From Trueperaceae bacterium (GTDB lineage Bacteria; Deinococcota; Deinococci; Deinococcales; Trueperaceae): a DNA stretch of 64,000 bases. The stretch lies in NCBI GenBank assembly GCA_965213705.1, contig OZ243913.1, positions 2,368,001 to 2,432,000 on the forward strand, read 5' to 3'. Of the stretch, positions 49,368-60,093 are shown in pieces (positions within the stretch are counted from its first letter, which is position 1; every line of letters starts with the position of its first letter). Under the pieces are notes generated by a model, which was given only the letters and a program-made list of their open reading frames with translations, was not told where the DNA came from and did not search any database. Both the position numbers and the translations under genes were made by a program.

Positions 49368-50899
49368 CTGGCGGTGTCCCCCGGACCTTCCAAAACGAGT
49401 TCGAAGCCGCCGCCGAACAAGCTGACGATGAGCTTGGCGAGTTCGTCCTGGCGTTTTTTGAGTTCAACGAAGTGAAACTTGTAGCGGTCCCCGAACCTCA
49501 AGGTGATGGTCGAGCCTTCGATAAAATCTTCTGCGGGGTTCAAAAACGCCTTGAGCTGCGCGCTCGCTTCGGTCTTGACCTTGTGCCAACTGATAGCGGG
49601 GCGGTTGGCTTCGGGCGTTGTCGCAGCCGCGGGGGGAGATTGTCCACCACTCGCCAGGACCGGCTTGGGTGCGTCGCTAGGTTTGGCTAAACTGCTCGGT
49701 TTAGCTGCGCCGTTCGGTTTGGAGGCGTGCGGGTCGAAGTCGGGGAGGACGTCTTTGGCTTGGACGGGCGCGCTTTGCGCCGGTGCTTGACGAGTTGCGG
49801 GGCTCGAGGCCGCCGTGACGCCTGCAACCGACAGTGCGACCGCCTCGCTCGGCACGTTGTGGCTGAGCGCGTTCAGGGTTTTGATGAGAGCGACTTCCAA
49901 CGCGAACAGGTCGTCGCGCCGCGCGAAGCGTTCCGCCTCGTCGTCGAGCGCGTGAATCATGCGCAGCAAGTCGTTTTGAGGCAAGGAAAGCTGGAACGCG
50001 CCCTTTTGACCCATCACCGCGGCGTAGAGCGCGTCGCGGAGCGTCGTCGTGAGGTGCGTCGCCAGGCTGCTCGGCGCGAAACCGTCCTGATAGAGCGCGT
50101 CGGCCAGGGCGAACACCTCGCTCAGCTCGCCCGCCGCGAGGGCGCTCGCCAGCGCTTCCATCCGGTCTTGGGGCGGCAGCCCGAGCGCGTCCTCGACGCC
50201 TTGCCGAGTGATGGCCTCGCCCGAGGTCAACAAGCGCTCCAACAGCGACTCCGCGTCGCGCATCGCGCCGTCGGCGGTGCGCGCGACGAGCGCCAGCGCG
50301 GCACTTTCGGCCTCGACCCCGCGCTCTCGGCACAACCGGGCCATTTTGCTCGCAATTTCGTCCTCGGACAAGCGGCGAAACCGGAAGTGCTGACAGCGCG
50401 ACAATACCGTGGGCGGCAGCTTTTCGGGCTCGGTCGTGGCGAGGATGAAAACGAGGTTCTCGGGTGGCTCCTCCAAAGTTTTCAGCAGGGCGTTCGACGC
50501 CGCGCGCGAAAGCATGTGCGCTTCGTCCAGCACCCACACCCGCTTGCCGCCGCGCATGGCGGCGAGCCGCACTTTTTCGCGCAAGTCGCGTACGTCCTCG
50601 ACCGAGTTGTTGCTCGCCGCGTCGAGTTCGATGACGTCCGGGTGGTGGTTGCGCCGGACCAGTTGGCAAGACTCGCAGACGCCGCAGGGCCGCAGCGCGG
50701 GGTCGGGCGCTTCACAGTTCACCGCCATCGCCAGCAGGCGCGCGGTCGTCGTCTTGCCGACCCCCCTCGGCCCCGAAAACAAGTAAGCGTGCCCGATGCG
50801 CTCCCGGCGCAGGGCGGCCGTCAACACGTCCTTGACGTGTCCTTGCCCCACGACCTGCTCGAACGTGAACGGTCGCGCTTGTTGGTAGATAGCTGCCAT
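49355..50899 (-). CDS. dnaX: DNA polymerase III subunit gamma/tau (zero-frame product, 514 aa)
   Basis: HAYLFSGPRGVGKTT, zinc Cys cluster, ELDAASNN, LDEAHML, LKTLEEPP and LSRC. Confidence 0.96.
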   Translation of the reverse strand: MAAIYQQARPFTFEQVVGQGHVKDVLTAALRRERIGHAYLFSGPRGVGKTTTARLLAMAVNCEAPDPALRPCGVCESCQLVRRNHHPDVIELDAASNNSVEDVRDLREKVRLAAMRGGKRVWVLDEAHMLSRAASNALLKTLEEPPENLVFILATTEPEKLPPTVLSRCQHFRFRRLSEDEIASKMARLCRERGVEAESAALALVARTADGAMRDAESLLERLLTSGEAITRQGVEDALGLPPQDRMEALASALAAGELSEVFALADALYQDGFAPSSLATHLTTTLRDALYAAVMGQKGAFQLSLPQNDLLRMIHALDDEAERFARRDDLFALEVALIKTLNALSHNVPSEAVALSVAGVTAASSPATRQAPAQSAPVQAKDVLPDFDPHASKPNGAAKPSSLAKPSDAPKPVLASGGQSPPAAATTPEANRPAISWHKVKTEASAQLKAFLNPAEDFIEGSTITLRFGDRYKFHFVELKKRQDELAKLIVSLFGGGFELVLEGPGDTARKKF

Positions 50900-51071
50900 C
50901 GCCCTTTATGGTAGCACCCCGGACGCGTGGTTTCGGCACGCGTGAGTCGAGCACCCCTCCTCGCGTTTTGCGAAACGAGCCGGGGAGGCTGTGACGTTTT
51001 CAGGTCTGGATTTCTCTGGTTGAGACTACCCAAACCCTTCTCGCATCTGCTAAACTGTTATCGGTTGGCGC

Positions 51072-51149
51072 GGTGGCTGTAGCTCAGTAGGTTAGAGCAT
51101 CTGATTGTGGTTCAGAGGGTCGTGGGTTCAAATCCCATCAGCCACCCCA
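51072..51149 (+). tRNA. tRNA-His(GTG)
   Basis: G-1, GTGGCTG...CAGCCAC-C-CCA; anticodon arm TCTGA-TTGTGGT-TCAGA. Confidence 0.96.
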
Positions 51150-51265
51150 ACTTTTTAGAACGGCATTTGCAAGATTCTTTAGAGGTCGCATCTGTAACTG
51201 GCAATTACTGATTTCAACGCTACGTAGATTTCAAAAGCTGAGTCAGAGATGATACCTCTAAGTTT

Positions 51266-51350
51266 GCGAGGGTGGCGGAATTGGTAGACGCGCTAGACTT
51301 AGGATCTAGTACCGCAAGGTGTGTGGGTTCAAGTCCCATCTCTCGCACCA
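51266..51350 (+). tRNA. tRNA-Leu(TAG)
   Basis: Long variable arm; anticodon arm CTAGA-CTTAGGA-TCTAG; ends ACCA. Confidence 0.96.
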
Positions 51351-51351
51351 G

Positions 51352-51400
51352 AACAGCACGAGGCCGGGTCGCTAGCGACCCGGCCTCGTGCTGTTTTTGT
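51352..51400. terminator. Long hairpin terminator between tRNA-Leu and gap
   Basis: Perfect palindrome AACAGCACGAGGCCGGGTCGCTAGCGACCCGGCCTCGTGCTGTT followed by Ts. Confidence 0.75.
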
Positions 51401-51444
51401 TAGAACAGCGGTTGTCTACGCGTTAGAACCGTTTTTGAAGTGCG

Positions 51445-52518
<1,074 letters not shown>

Positions 52519-52676
52519 TTACGTCCCGACAATCGCATCAACCGAGGGTGCGACGGGGCTCGAGCTTTCCGGTTTTGAAACGGTGCAGGCAGCTTCGGGC
52601 ACGATTGACACGGTTGCGTTTGTGAGTAAACTGACTCAGGGACTAAAGTTGAGAGCCCTTCCCGTGAGGAGCACCT

Positions 52677-53372
52677 ATGTTTAAGATGCTTGTTGTAGCA
52701 GGGTTGGCGCTTAGCGCGCTCGGCACGGCGCAAAGCGAAACGCGCACCCTCTCCGGTATACTTCAGAACTGGAACCTCGGTGCGGCGACGATTGAGACTG
52801 TTGCGGCTTACAACCTAACTGGCGATGCACCCTTTACCCTCGCCACGGGAGAGGTAGCCGAAGACGGCAGTTTCACGCTCGAGCTGCCCGCCGAAGTGCC
52901 TCAGGACTTTCTTTATGAGGGAAGTTTCGACTGTCCGTCAGGGGGCCTGACTGTCACCCCTGCAACCGTTCAGATGTTTAGTATCGACACCTTGAACCTT
53001 TTACAAAGCGGTGAGAAAGTCGGCACGGCCAGCCTCGCTTCGTCACAGTCTGTTGCGGACCTTTACACTTCGGAAAAGACCGGTTCCGAACCTACCGGCA
53101 GCGTTGCCGAGGGTGATTCCTTGCTTATCCCTTCCTACTTCTCTGCCGCTCTTTCCGCCCAGGGGAGTTGTCTTGATGAGTCTGCGACGCCTTCGAGAAC
53201 TGACACGGATATAGAGGCGCAGCCTGGTTGGACCTACGTGATTGCTACCGTCACCACCGTATCTCCCGAGGGCGTAGCCACGGGAGTCAAGCATAGGACG
53301 GTCGTTGAAGTGCCTGACAGTTTGAACTGGTACTTCGTGCGGGCTTCCGACGAGCCCGGAGGGTCGAACTAG
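52677..53372 (+). CDS. Hypothetical exported protein
   Basis: GAGGAG RBS, signal peptide, and a beta-rich body with DGSFTLELP. Confidence 0.7.
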   Translation: MFKMLVVAGLALSALGTAQSETRTLSGILQNWNLGAATIETVAAYNLTGDAPFTLATGEVAEDGSFTLELPAEVPQDFLYEGSFDCPSGGLTVTPATVQMFSIDTLNLLQSGEKVGTASLASSQSVADLYTSEKTGSEPTGSVAEGDSLLIPSYFSAALSAQGSCLDESATPSRTDTDIEAQPGWTYVIATVTTVSPEGVATGVKHRTVVEVPDSLNWYFVRASDEPGGSN

Positions 53373-53474
53373 CCTTTGCCGGTCTCGCCCAAAGCGTCGA
53401 AGGAGCTAAAGTTTATGACAGTGGGGGTTTCGCGCCGCGGCTGCACGTTTTGGCACTGTGTCGGCTCGAGCCCG

Positions 53475-54656
53475 TCACGTCTCCTCGTCCAGAAACAGCA
53501 CGCCCCGCACCAGGTCGCGGCTGTCCGCCCGGCCGCCGAGCGAGCCCGCCAGGGTGCCGAGCGCGGCCACGAACAAGCTCAGCTTGACGTGGTCGAGCGT
53601 GCGCACCGCCGGGTCCACGGTCGGCCAGGTTTCCATCAGTTTGCGCGGAAAAATCGTGACGATTCCCAGGTAGGCGAGCGCCACAAAGGCGCTGAACACG
53701 AACAGCATCGTCAAAAAAAGGCTGAGGAGCGTCGCGGCCCCCGTGACCACGCTCGACTCGGCCACGAGCCGGTCCCGGCGCAGCACCGCGCCGAGCGCAA
53801 AGGCGCGGTACAGGACGAACGTCGCCACGGCGACAGAGGCGAGCGAAAACAAGGCGAGTTGGTACAGCTCGACGGTGCTCGCCACGTCCCACATTTCCGG
53901 GCTGAAAAAGACCACGATGATGACCGACAGCGCGGCCGTGATAAGCGTCGGCAGGCGCGTCGCCAAACGCAGCGGGTTGGCCCTGAGCACGGCGCGGCCG
54001 ATGCTGCGCCAGTCCCTGAAAAGCATTTTTAGGGCGAAGCCCCAGCGGTTGCCCCGGCTGGTGCGCTCGTGCGCCTCACGCGGCAGGGCGCGGCGCATGT
54101 GCTCGTGTTGCGCGGGCGTCAGCGTCGCCATTGCGCCCAAGTCCTCGACGTTTTTAAAGGCGTACATCGTGTTGTCCGGGTCGTTCGAGTGCGGCAGGTT
54201 GAGCAGGTGGCCGAAGGTGTGCAGCATCAGGTGACTCAAGCGCCGCACGCTGAGCGTCTCGTCCGTTTCTTCGCCCCAAAAAGCGGCCTCGAGCCGCTTC
54301 GTCGACACCACGCCGATGTTGGTGAGTTGGCTCGGCAGGGCGAGGGTATAAGAAAGCGTGGTGGCGGCCAAGTCCACTTCGGTGACGATGAGGAGGAAGT
54401 CGACGTCGCGCTCCAACTTCTCGGTCATGCCGACGTGCAAAAAGTCGAGCGGCGCGTAAGCCCCGGCCGCCGGGACGAGGTGCGGCCCGTCAAACCTCAG
54501 CAAGTCCACGCGCAGACCCGTCTCGCTCGCCAGCGCCTCGTCGAAGGCCTGAACCGCCGCGTTCGCCTGGCGCTCGAACCGTTCGGAATGTTTGCCCTCG
54601 ACGTCCATCGTCATCACCCCGACGGTGTACTCGCGGCTCGAGCCGGGTTCAGACAC
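53475..54656 (-). CDS. Hypothetical protein: metzincin-like soluble domain fused to a multi-TM domain
   Basis: HTFGHLLNLPH...NTM motif followed by several hydrophobic helices. Confidence 0.7.
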   Translation of the reverse strand: MSEPGSSREYTVGVMTMDVEGKHSERFERQANAAVQAFDEALASETGLRVDLLRFDGPHLVPAAGAYAPLDFLHVGMTEKLERDVDFLLIVTEVDLAATTLSYTLALPSQLTNIGVVSTKRLEAAFWGEETDETLSVRRLSHLMLHTFGHLLNLPHSNDPDNTMYAFKNVEDLGAMATLTPAQHEHMRRALPREAHERTSRGNRWGFALKMLFRDWRSIGRAVLRANPLRLATRLPTLITAALSVIIVVFFSPEMWDVASTVELYQLALFSLASVAVATFVLYRAFALGAVLRRDRLVAESSVVTGAATLLSLFLTMLFVFSAFVALAYLGIVTIFPRKLMETWPTVDPAVRTLDHVKLSLFVAALGTLAGSLGGRADSRDLVRGVLFLDEET

Positions 54657-54668
54657 GGCGCTCCTCAG

Positions 54669-54732
54669 ACACGGCAGTTCTCAAACGCGGTAGCTCTCGA
54701 ACACGGTAGCTCTTGAACGCGGTAACTCTCAA
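54669..54732. repeat. Four tandem imperfect 16-bp direct repeats
   Basis: ACACGGCAGTTCTCAA ACGCGGTAGCTCTCGA ACACGGTAGCTCTTGA ACGCGGTAACTCTCAA. Confidence 0.85.
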
Positions 54733-54999
54733 AGTATGTTGGCTCACCGGCTCGAGTATACGCCGGTCGACGTGTCGGTGCCGGACAAAGCTCGACGCTC
54801 GAGGTCGCATCGCTATTGCTCGCAACGACAACTCGTAAAGACAAACCGTCATGCACAGCTCGATGACCTCAGTTTTGTGACGCGCAAAAGGTGGCCGGAA
54901 AGGGGAGACGCCGCCCGTTCGCCTCGCCTCAGTCAGGCAAAGAAATCGTAAGCCGCCGCGGCGCTACACGCTGGACGACCGACCCCGGTAGGATGGGGT

Positions 55000-57951
55000 A
55001 TGGCCGTGCGTCTTCACTTGTTCGGGCCGCCTCACGCCGACCTGGACGGGGTGCGGCTCGAGCTTAGCCCGCACAAGCCCGCTTACTTGTTGCTGCACCT
55101 GGCCTGTCGCCGCGAGTGGGTGGGGCGCGAGCAGTTGGCCGGGCTGTTCCGGCCCGAAGCCCCTGACGCGACCGCCCGCCACACGGTGCGCCTGCTGCTG
55201 TCCCGCGCCCGCAAGTTGCCGTGGGCGCAGGGGCTCGAGGCCGAAGCGCAGCGGCTGCGCTGGCGGGTCGACAGCGACCTGCACGATTTCCGCGCGGCGG
55301 TGGGCCGGGGCGACTGGGCGGCGGCGACTGCGGTTTACGCGGGGCCGCTGCTGAACGGCTTGCCGAGTTTGAACCTGCCGGCCTACGACGCGTGGCTGGA
55401 CGTGGAGCGCGAACACCTGCACACGGCCTGGCGTCACGCCGCGCTCCGGCACAGCGAGGTTTTGGCGGGTGAAAAAGCGTTTGCGGAGGCCGCCGCGCTG
55501 CTGCGCCGGCTGCTCCACGACGACCCGCTGGCTGAAGACGTGCTGCAGCGCTACCTGCGGGCCGCTTACTTAGCGGGTCAGCGCCGCGACGCGCTGGCCG
55601 CCTACCGCAGTTTTGCCGAGGCGCTCGAGCTTGAGTTGGGCCTCGCGCCCCTCGAAACGACCCGGCAGCTTGTCGACGCCGTCCGCGCGTCGGCCCCGCT
55701 CGCCCCGGTCGACGTGGCCCCGGCCAAGCCGAGCCTGCCCTTGAACGTCCAGCGTCCGCCCCGACTCGTCGGGCGCAGCGCCGAGCGGGCGGCCCTCGCG
55801 CGCAGCGCCGCAGCCGCCGTGCTGGTCGCGGGTGAACCCGGCGTCGGCAAGACGCGGCTTTTGAGCGAGCACCACCCGCAGGCGCTCCGGCTCGCCTGCC
55901 GCGAGGGGGTGCAGCACGTGCCCTACTTCCCCATCGTCCAAACCGTCCGCGAGCTGTGGCCCGACTTGCCCGACTTGGGCGCGTACCGCCGGGACCTGGC
56001 GCGGCTCCTCCCCGAACTCGGTGAGCCCGCGCCGCCCGGCGACCCGCAGACCGCCAGGGCGAGGCTGTTGGAAGCCCTCGCCGCGGCGCTCGAGGCTCCC
56101 CAAAAAGCCCTCCTGTTCGACGACCTGCAGTGGGCCGACGCGGGCACGCTCGACGTTTTCGCGCTGCTGGCGGCGCGGCGCAAGGTGCCTTTGACGGGGG
56201 CGTACCGCAGCGGCGAGGTGACGCCGCAGTTGGAGCGCACCGTGGCGGCCCTGCGCTCGAGCGGTTGGCTCGAGGTCGTCGATGTAAAGCCCCTGGCGCG
56301 CGCCGAGGTGCGGGCGCTGCTCGCCGACCTGACCGGTAGCGAGGCCGGCCCGCCGCAGTTCAGCGGTTGGCTTTTCGACCGCAGCGGCGGCAACCCCTTT
56401 TTCGCGCTGGAAACGCTTAAAGCGCTGTTCGAAGCGGGCCGCTTGCGCGCGGATGAGGCGGGCTGGCACAGCGACCTGGACGCGCTGACCGAGGCCTACG
56501 CCGAACTTACGGTGCCCCCGTTGGTTCTCGACGTGGTGCGCCGCCGGGTTCGGGGGCTCTCGGGCGGGGCGCGGCGCGTGCTCGAGGCCGCCAGCGTGCT
56601 GCGCAGCGACTTTACGCCGCAGCGCCTGGGTCCCCTGACCGGCCTGTCCGAGTGGGCTTTACTCGACGCGCTCGCCGAAGCGGAAGTGGGCGGGCTCGTG
56701 GCCGGCGCGACTTTCCAGCACGACCTGTTGCGCCAGGCGGTCTACAGCGGGTTGCCCGCGGTGCGTCGCCGCTTCTTGCACGGCAAGGTCGCCGCGCTGC
56801 TCGCCGCCGACGGGGCGGCCGAGCCGCTCGTGGTCGCCGAACACTGGGCGGAGGCCGGTGACTCGGCACGCGCCGCCGCCCTCTGGTTCGAAACCGCCAG
56901 CAACCGCTTCGACCGGCAGCCCGGCTTCGCCGGGGAAGCGCTTCTCCTGTACGAGCGCGTTGTCGCGCTCGGCACAAGCACGGTGTACCACGACCGGGCG
57001 CAGGCCTACCTGGCCGGGCAGTACCGCTCCGCGGACCGCGGCGACGAAGCGAGAACGCTGCTGCAAGAGGTGCTGCAACGCTCCCGCGACCCGCTGGCCC
57101 TGGCCTTCGCGCTCGTGCAGCAGGCCATGTTTTTGTACCTGGACGGCGACTTGACCCGAGCCGGCGAAGCTGCCGAGGCGGCCGCCGCGTACGCCGAGCA
57201 AACCGGCGAACGCTCGCTCGTGCGCGACGCGTTGCAGGCGCGGTCGTTTTTGGCGCACATGCGCGGCGAGTACCTCGTCTCCCTGGCGCTGGTCGAGCCG
57301 GTCGTCGCCGAGATGCGCCGCGCCCCGCCGACCTTCGGCTTTGCCAACTGGCTGAGCCGCTTGGCCGCCGACTACTGCGCCCTGGGGCGCTTCGAAGAGG
57401 CGCTGGCGTGCTACACCGAGCAGCTTGTGGTGGCGCGACGCTTGAAGCTGCCGTCGCAGCAGGTGATGGCGAGCAGCGACATCATCGCCACGCTTTACGA
57501 CCTGGGACGTGTCGAGGAGGGCGTCGCCTTAGCCGAAGAAGCGCTCACGCTGGGCCACTACGAGTCGACCTACCCGTTGTGCTACCACCTGGCGCTGGCC
57601 TACTTCGGGCAGGGCCGCCGCGAAGACGCGCTCGAGCAAGCGCACTTCGTCGCCCGCGAGGCGTCGTCGGTCAACCTGCGCGCCCACGCCTACGCGCTCC
57701 TCGCCGAACTGCACCACCCCACCGAGCTTGAACAAAGCCGCCGCGCCCTCGCCGACGGGCTCGCCCTGACCGCCGACAGCGACGTGTCGACCGCCCACGC
57801 AATCATCGTCGTCGCGGCGCTCAAGTTCGGCAGCGAGGCGCAGCTCGAGCTGGTCAAACCGCGCCTCGAGACCCTGTCGGCGGACGCGCTACCGGCCTAC
57901 CTGCAAGCCGACTTTCGCGCCGCCCTGGCCCTGGGCCGCCACCTGGACTGA
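55000..57951 (+). CDS. SARP/BTAD regulator with a STAND-like NTPase and TPR domains
   Basis: BTAD (DPLAED...ALAAY...LELELGLAP), Walker A GEPGVGKT, LLFDDLQWAD, SGGNPFF, FQHDLLR and TPRs. Confidence 0.88.
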   Translation: MAVRLHLFGPPHADLDGVRLELSPHKPAYLLLHLACRREWVGREQLAGLFRPEAPDATARHTVRLLLSRARKLPWAQGLEAEAQRLRWRVDSDLHDFRAAVGRGDWAAATAVYAGPLLNGLPSLNLPAYDAWLDVEREHLHTAWRHAALRHSEVLAGEKAFAEAAALLRRLLHDDPLAEDVLQRYLRAAYLAGQRRDALAAYRSFAEALELELGLAPLETTRQLVDAVRASAPLAPVDVAPAKPSLPLNVQRPPRLVGRSAERAALARSAAAAVLVAGEPGVGKTRLLSEHHPQALRLACREGVQHVPYFPIVQTVRELWPDLPDLGAYRRDLARLLPELGEPAPPGDPQTARARLLEALAAALEAPQKALLFDDLQWADAGTLDVFALLAARRKVPLTGAYRSGEVTPQLERTVAALRSSGWLEVVDVKPLARAEVRALLADLTGSEAGPPQFSGWLFDRSGGNPFFALETLKALFEAGRLRADEAGWHSDLDALTEAYAELTVPPLVLDVVRRRVRGLSGGARRVLEAASVLRSDFTPQRLGPLTGLSEWALLDALAEAEVGGLVAGATFQHDLLRQAVYSGLPAVRRRFLHGKVAALLAADGAAEPLVVAEHWAEAGDSARAAALWFETASNRFDRQPGFAGEALLLYERVVALGTSTVYHDRAQAYLAGQYRSADRGDEARTLLQEVLQRSRDPLALAFALVQQAMFLYLDGDLTRAGEAAEAAAAYAEQTGERSLVRDALQARSFLAHMRGEYLVSLALVEPVVAEMRRAPPTFGFANWLSRLAADYCALGRFEEALACYTEQLVVARRLKLPSQQVMASSDIIATLYDLGRVEEGVALAEEALTLGHYESTYPLCYHLALAYFGQGRREDALEQAHFVAREASSVNLRAHAYALLAELHHPTELEQSRRALADGLALTADSDVSTAHAIIVVAALKFGSEAQLELVKPRLETLSADALPAYLQADFRAALALGRHLD

Positions 57952-58166
57952 CACCTAACCCGGAACTGCTCTTGACCGTGCCCCTTTGTATGAGGGGCAG
58001 CCCCTCGGACCGGGGATGTTGAACAAAGACTCATCGAGAACATGTCAATGAGTTGCGAGACCTCTACAACCAGCCAAACCCTTTTCACTTCGTAACAACC
58101 GCCGTAAGCCGCGCCCGCACAACCTGCTGATACGCCGGTGATACGCCTCTTTGTCATGCTTGGCGA

Positions 58167-58343
58167 GTGAAGCGTTTCGTCAAGGCTGCTTTCGTGCTCA
58201 AGGTCGAACGGTGTGAGCCGCGCTACGAGCAAGCTTGGCACCTCGTCGTCCAGGACTTGAAAACGGGGCAGAAGCTCGAGTTCTCCTCCTGGGAGGGGCT
58301 CGAGCGCTTTGTCGAAACAACTTTAAAGGGAGGTCTGCGCTAG
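58167..58343 (+). CDS. Unannotated 58-aa protein
   Basis: MKRFVKAAFVLKVERCEPRYEQAWHLVVQDLKTGQKLEFSSWEGLERFVETTLKGGLR; its TAG overlaps the next GTG. Confidence 0.65.
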   Translation: MKRFVKAAFVLKVERCEPRYEQAWHLVVQDLKTGQKLEFSSWEGLERFVETTLKGGLR

Positions 58344-59926
58344 TGAAAAACAAGGGGAAACGAACAATTCACCTACGGTACGGCTGGGGTGTCGCCGCCT
58401 GCGCCCTCGTTCTGCTGGCGGGCTGCGGGGGCTCCACCGTCACCCCTCCGCCCGGCAACGGCGGTGACGCCCCAAGCGTCAGCGGCACCGTGACCGCGCC
58501 CCAGGGCGGCAGCGTGCAGGGCACCGTTGTAGAAGCGTGTTACGTCGTGAACGACCAGTGCGCCGAAGGTTCACCCAACACGGTGCGGCTGACCATCGCC
58601 CAAACGGGCGGCAGCGCTCCCTACCGTTTTTCGGGTTTGGCAGCGGGGCGGTACGCCGTCTTCGCCGGCAAAGACGTGGACGGCAACGGCAGCTTCGGTG
58701 ACGAAGGCGACTACGCAGGCTGCTACGGAGACGAGGGTGGGTGTTTGGCCGTGACCCCGCCGCAAACCGGGCTGAACGTGCAGCTCGAGGTCGTCGGCAA
58801 TGATGGTGGAGGCGGGGACACCGGGCGGTGCGCCGTCGAACTGAGCGGCGACCTGACCGTCTCGAGCCGCTTCGTCAACTCCCCGTCCGAGTGTGACTAT
58901 CTAGTAACGGGTTTCGTCTCCGTCGAAAACGGGCAATTCACTATCGAGCCGGGCACCGTCTTCAGGTTCGCGCAAGACGCCATTTTACGCGTCGGCGACA
59001 ACGCCGGCTTGGACGCGGTCGGCACCGCCGCCGCGCCGATTCGCTTTGAGGCGGCGGCTCCGGTCAAGGGCTACGGCAAAGGCCTCAACATCAGCCCGGA
59101 AAGCTTGGTGACGAGGCTCGAGCACGTCCAGTTTCTCAACCTCGGCAAAGACGACACCGGACCTTTCGGAGGGCTGCAAGACGGCGCGATTGACGGCCTC
59201 GGCGGCGGCGGCCTCGTCATGAAAAACGTGACCGTCAGCGGCAGCGTCTACGACGGCGCAACCTTGAGGAACCTGCCCCTGTTGGAGTTCGAGAACAACA
59301 CCTTCACCGACAACGCCCGCTATCCGGTGCTGGTGGTTGCCGACCAGGTGAAGCTGCTCGACGCGGGCAGCGATTACCTGGGCGTGGGTGCGCCCAACGG
59401 CAGGCCGTACGTCGATGTGGACGGGGTCGTGACCGACGGCGTGAGCGAGAGTGCTACCTGGCAGAAGCTCAACGCGCCCTACTACGTCGCCATCGCCCTC
59501 TACATCAACAACGGTACCTTAACGCTCGAGCCCGGCGTGGTGTTCGTTTTCGGGGACGACGCGGGCGTCCTTGTGGAGGATACAGGCGCGCTCAAAGCGG
59601 TCGGCACCCCTCAGGCCCCCATCCTTTTTACCGGCGAGCAAAACGCGCAGGGTTACTGGGAAGGCATCAGCTATTTTGAGAGCGGTTCACGCGACAACGT
59701 GCTCGAGTATGTGGAGGTGCGCGACGGCGGCTCGGGCAGCTACAAAGACGGCGCGGTAAGTCTTGTCAGCGCGTTCGAGCAGAGTTACGCTCGGGTCGGC
59801 AACAGCGTGATTACGGGCAGCGGCACCTGGGGCATCTGCGCGGACGACGGGTCGGCGCTCGACCTTGGTCCCGGCAACACCTTCCGCGACAACGCGTACG
59901 GCGACGTAAACGAGACCTGCGACTGA
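58343..59926 (+). CDS. Lipoprotein with an N-terminal beta-sandwich and a right-handed beta-helix
   Basis: GGAGG RBS, LAGC lipobox, and repeated T(I/L)EPG.VF.F / AVGT..API.F motifs. Confidence 0.8.
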   Translation: MKNKGKRTIHLRYGWGVAACALVLLAGCGGSTVTPPPGNGGDAPSVSGTVTAPQGGSVQGTVVEACYVVNDQCAEGSPNTVRLTIAQTGGSAPYRFSGLAAGRYAVFAGKDVDGNGSFGDEGDYAGCYGDEGGCLAVTPPQTGLNVQLEVVGNDGGGGDTGRCAVELSGDLTVSSRFVNSPSECDYLVTGFVSVENGQFTIEPGTVFRFAQDAILRVGDNAGLDAVGTAAAPIRFEAAAPVKGYGKGLNISPESLVTRLEHVQFLNLGKDDTGPFGGLQDGAIDGLGGGGLVMKNVTVSGSVYDGATLRNLPLLEFENNTFTDNARYPVLVVADQVKLLDAGSDYLGVGAPNGRPYVDVDGVVTDGVSESATWQKLNAPYYVAIALYINNGTLTLEPGVVFVFGDDAGVLVEDTGALKAVGTPQAPILFTGEQNAQGYWEGISYFESGSRDNVLEYVEVRDGGSGSYKDGAVSLVSAFEQSYARVGNSVITGSGTWGICADDGSALDLGPGNTFRDNAYGDVNETCD

Positions 59927-60093
59927 CGGACGCGGAACGCCGCTTTTGAGCTTGTACCTTGAAAGCACTTCTAAAATGGGTGTGAAAAATGCTACACTCG
60001 GGCAGCTACCGGAGCGGACGCAAACGAGAGGGTTGGGACGTCGTCCCGCTTCGGCGCAACTCGAGCAAAGTCCTTGACGGAAAGGAAGTTTTC

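Noticed and set aside
54669..54732. Possible CRISPR array
   Set aside because: The units are 16 bp and directly adjacent, with no spacers, and there are no cas genes in the window.
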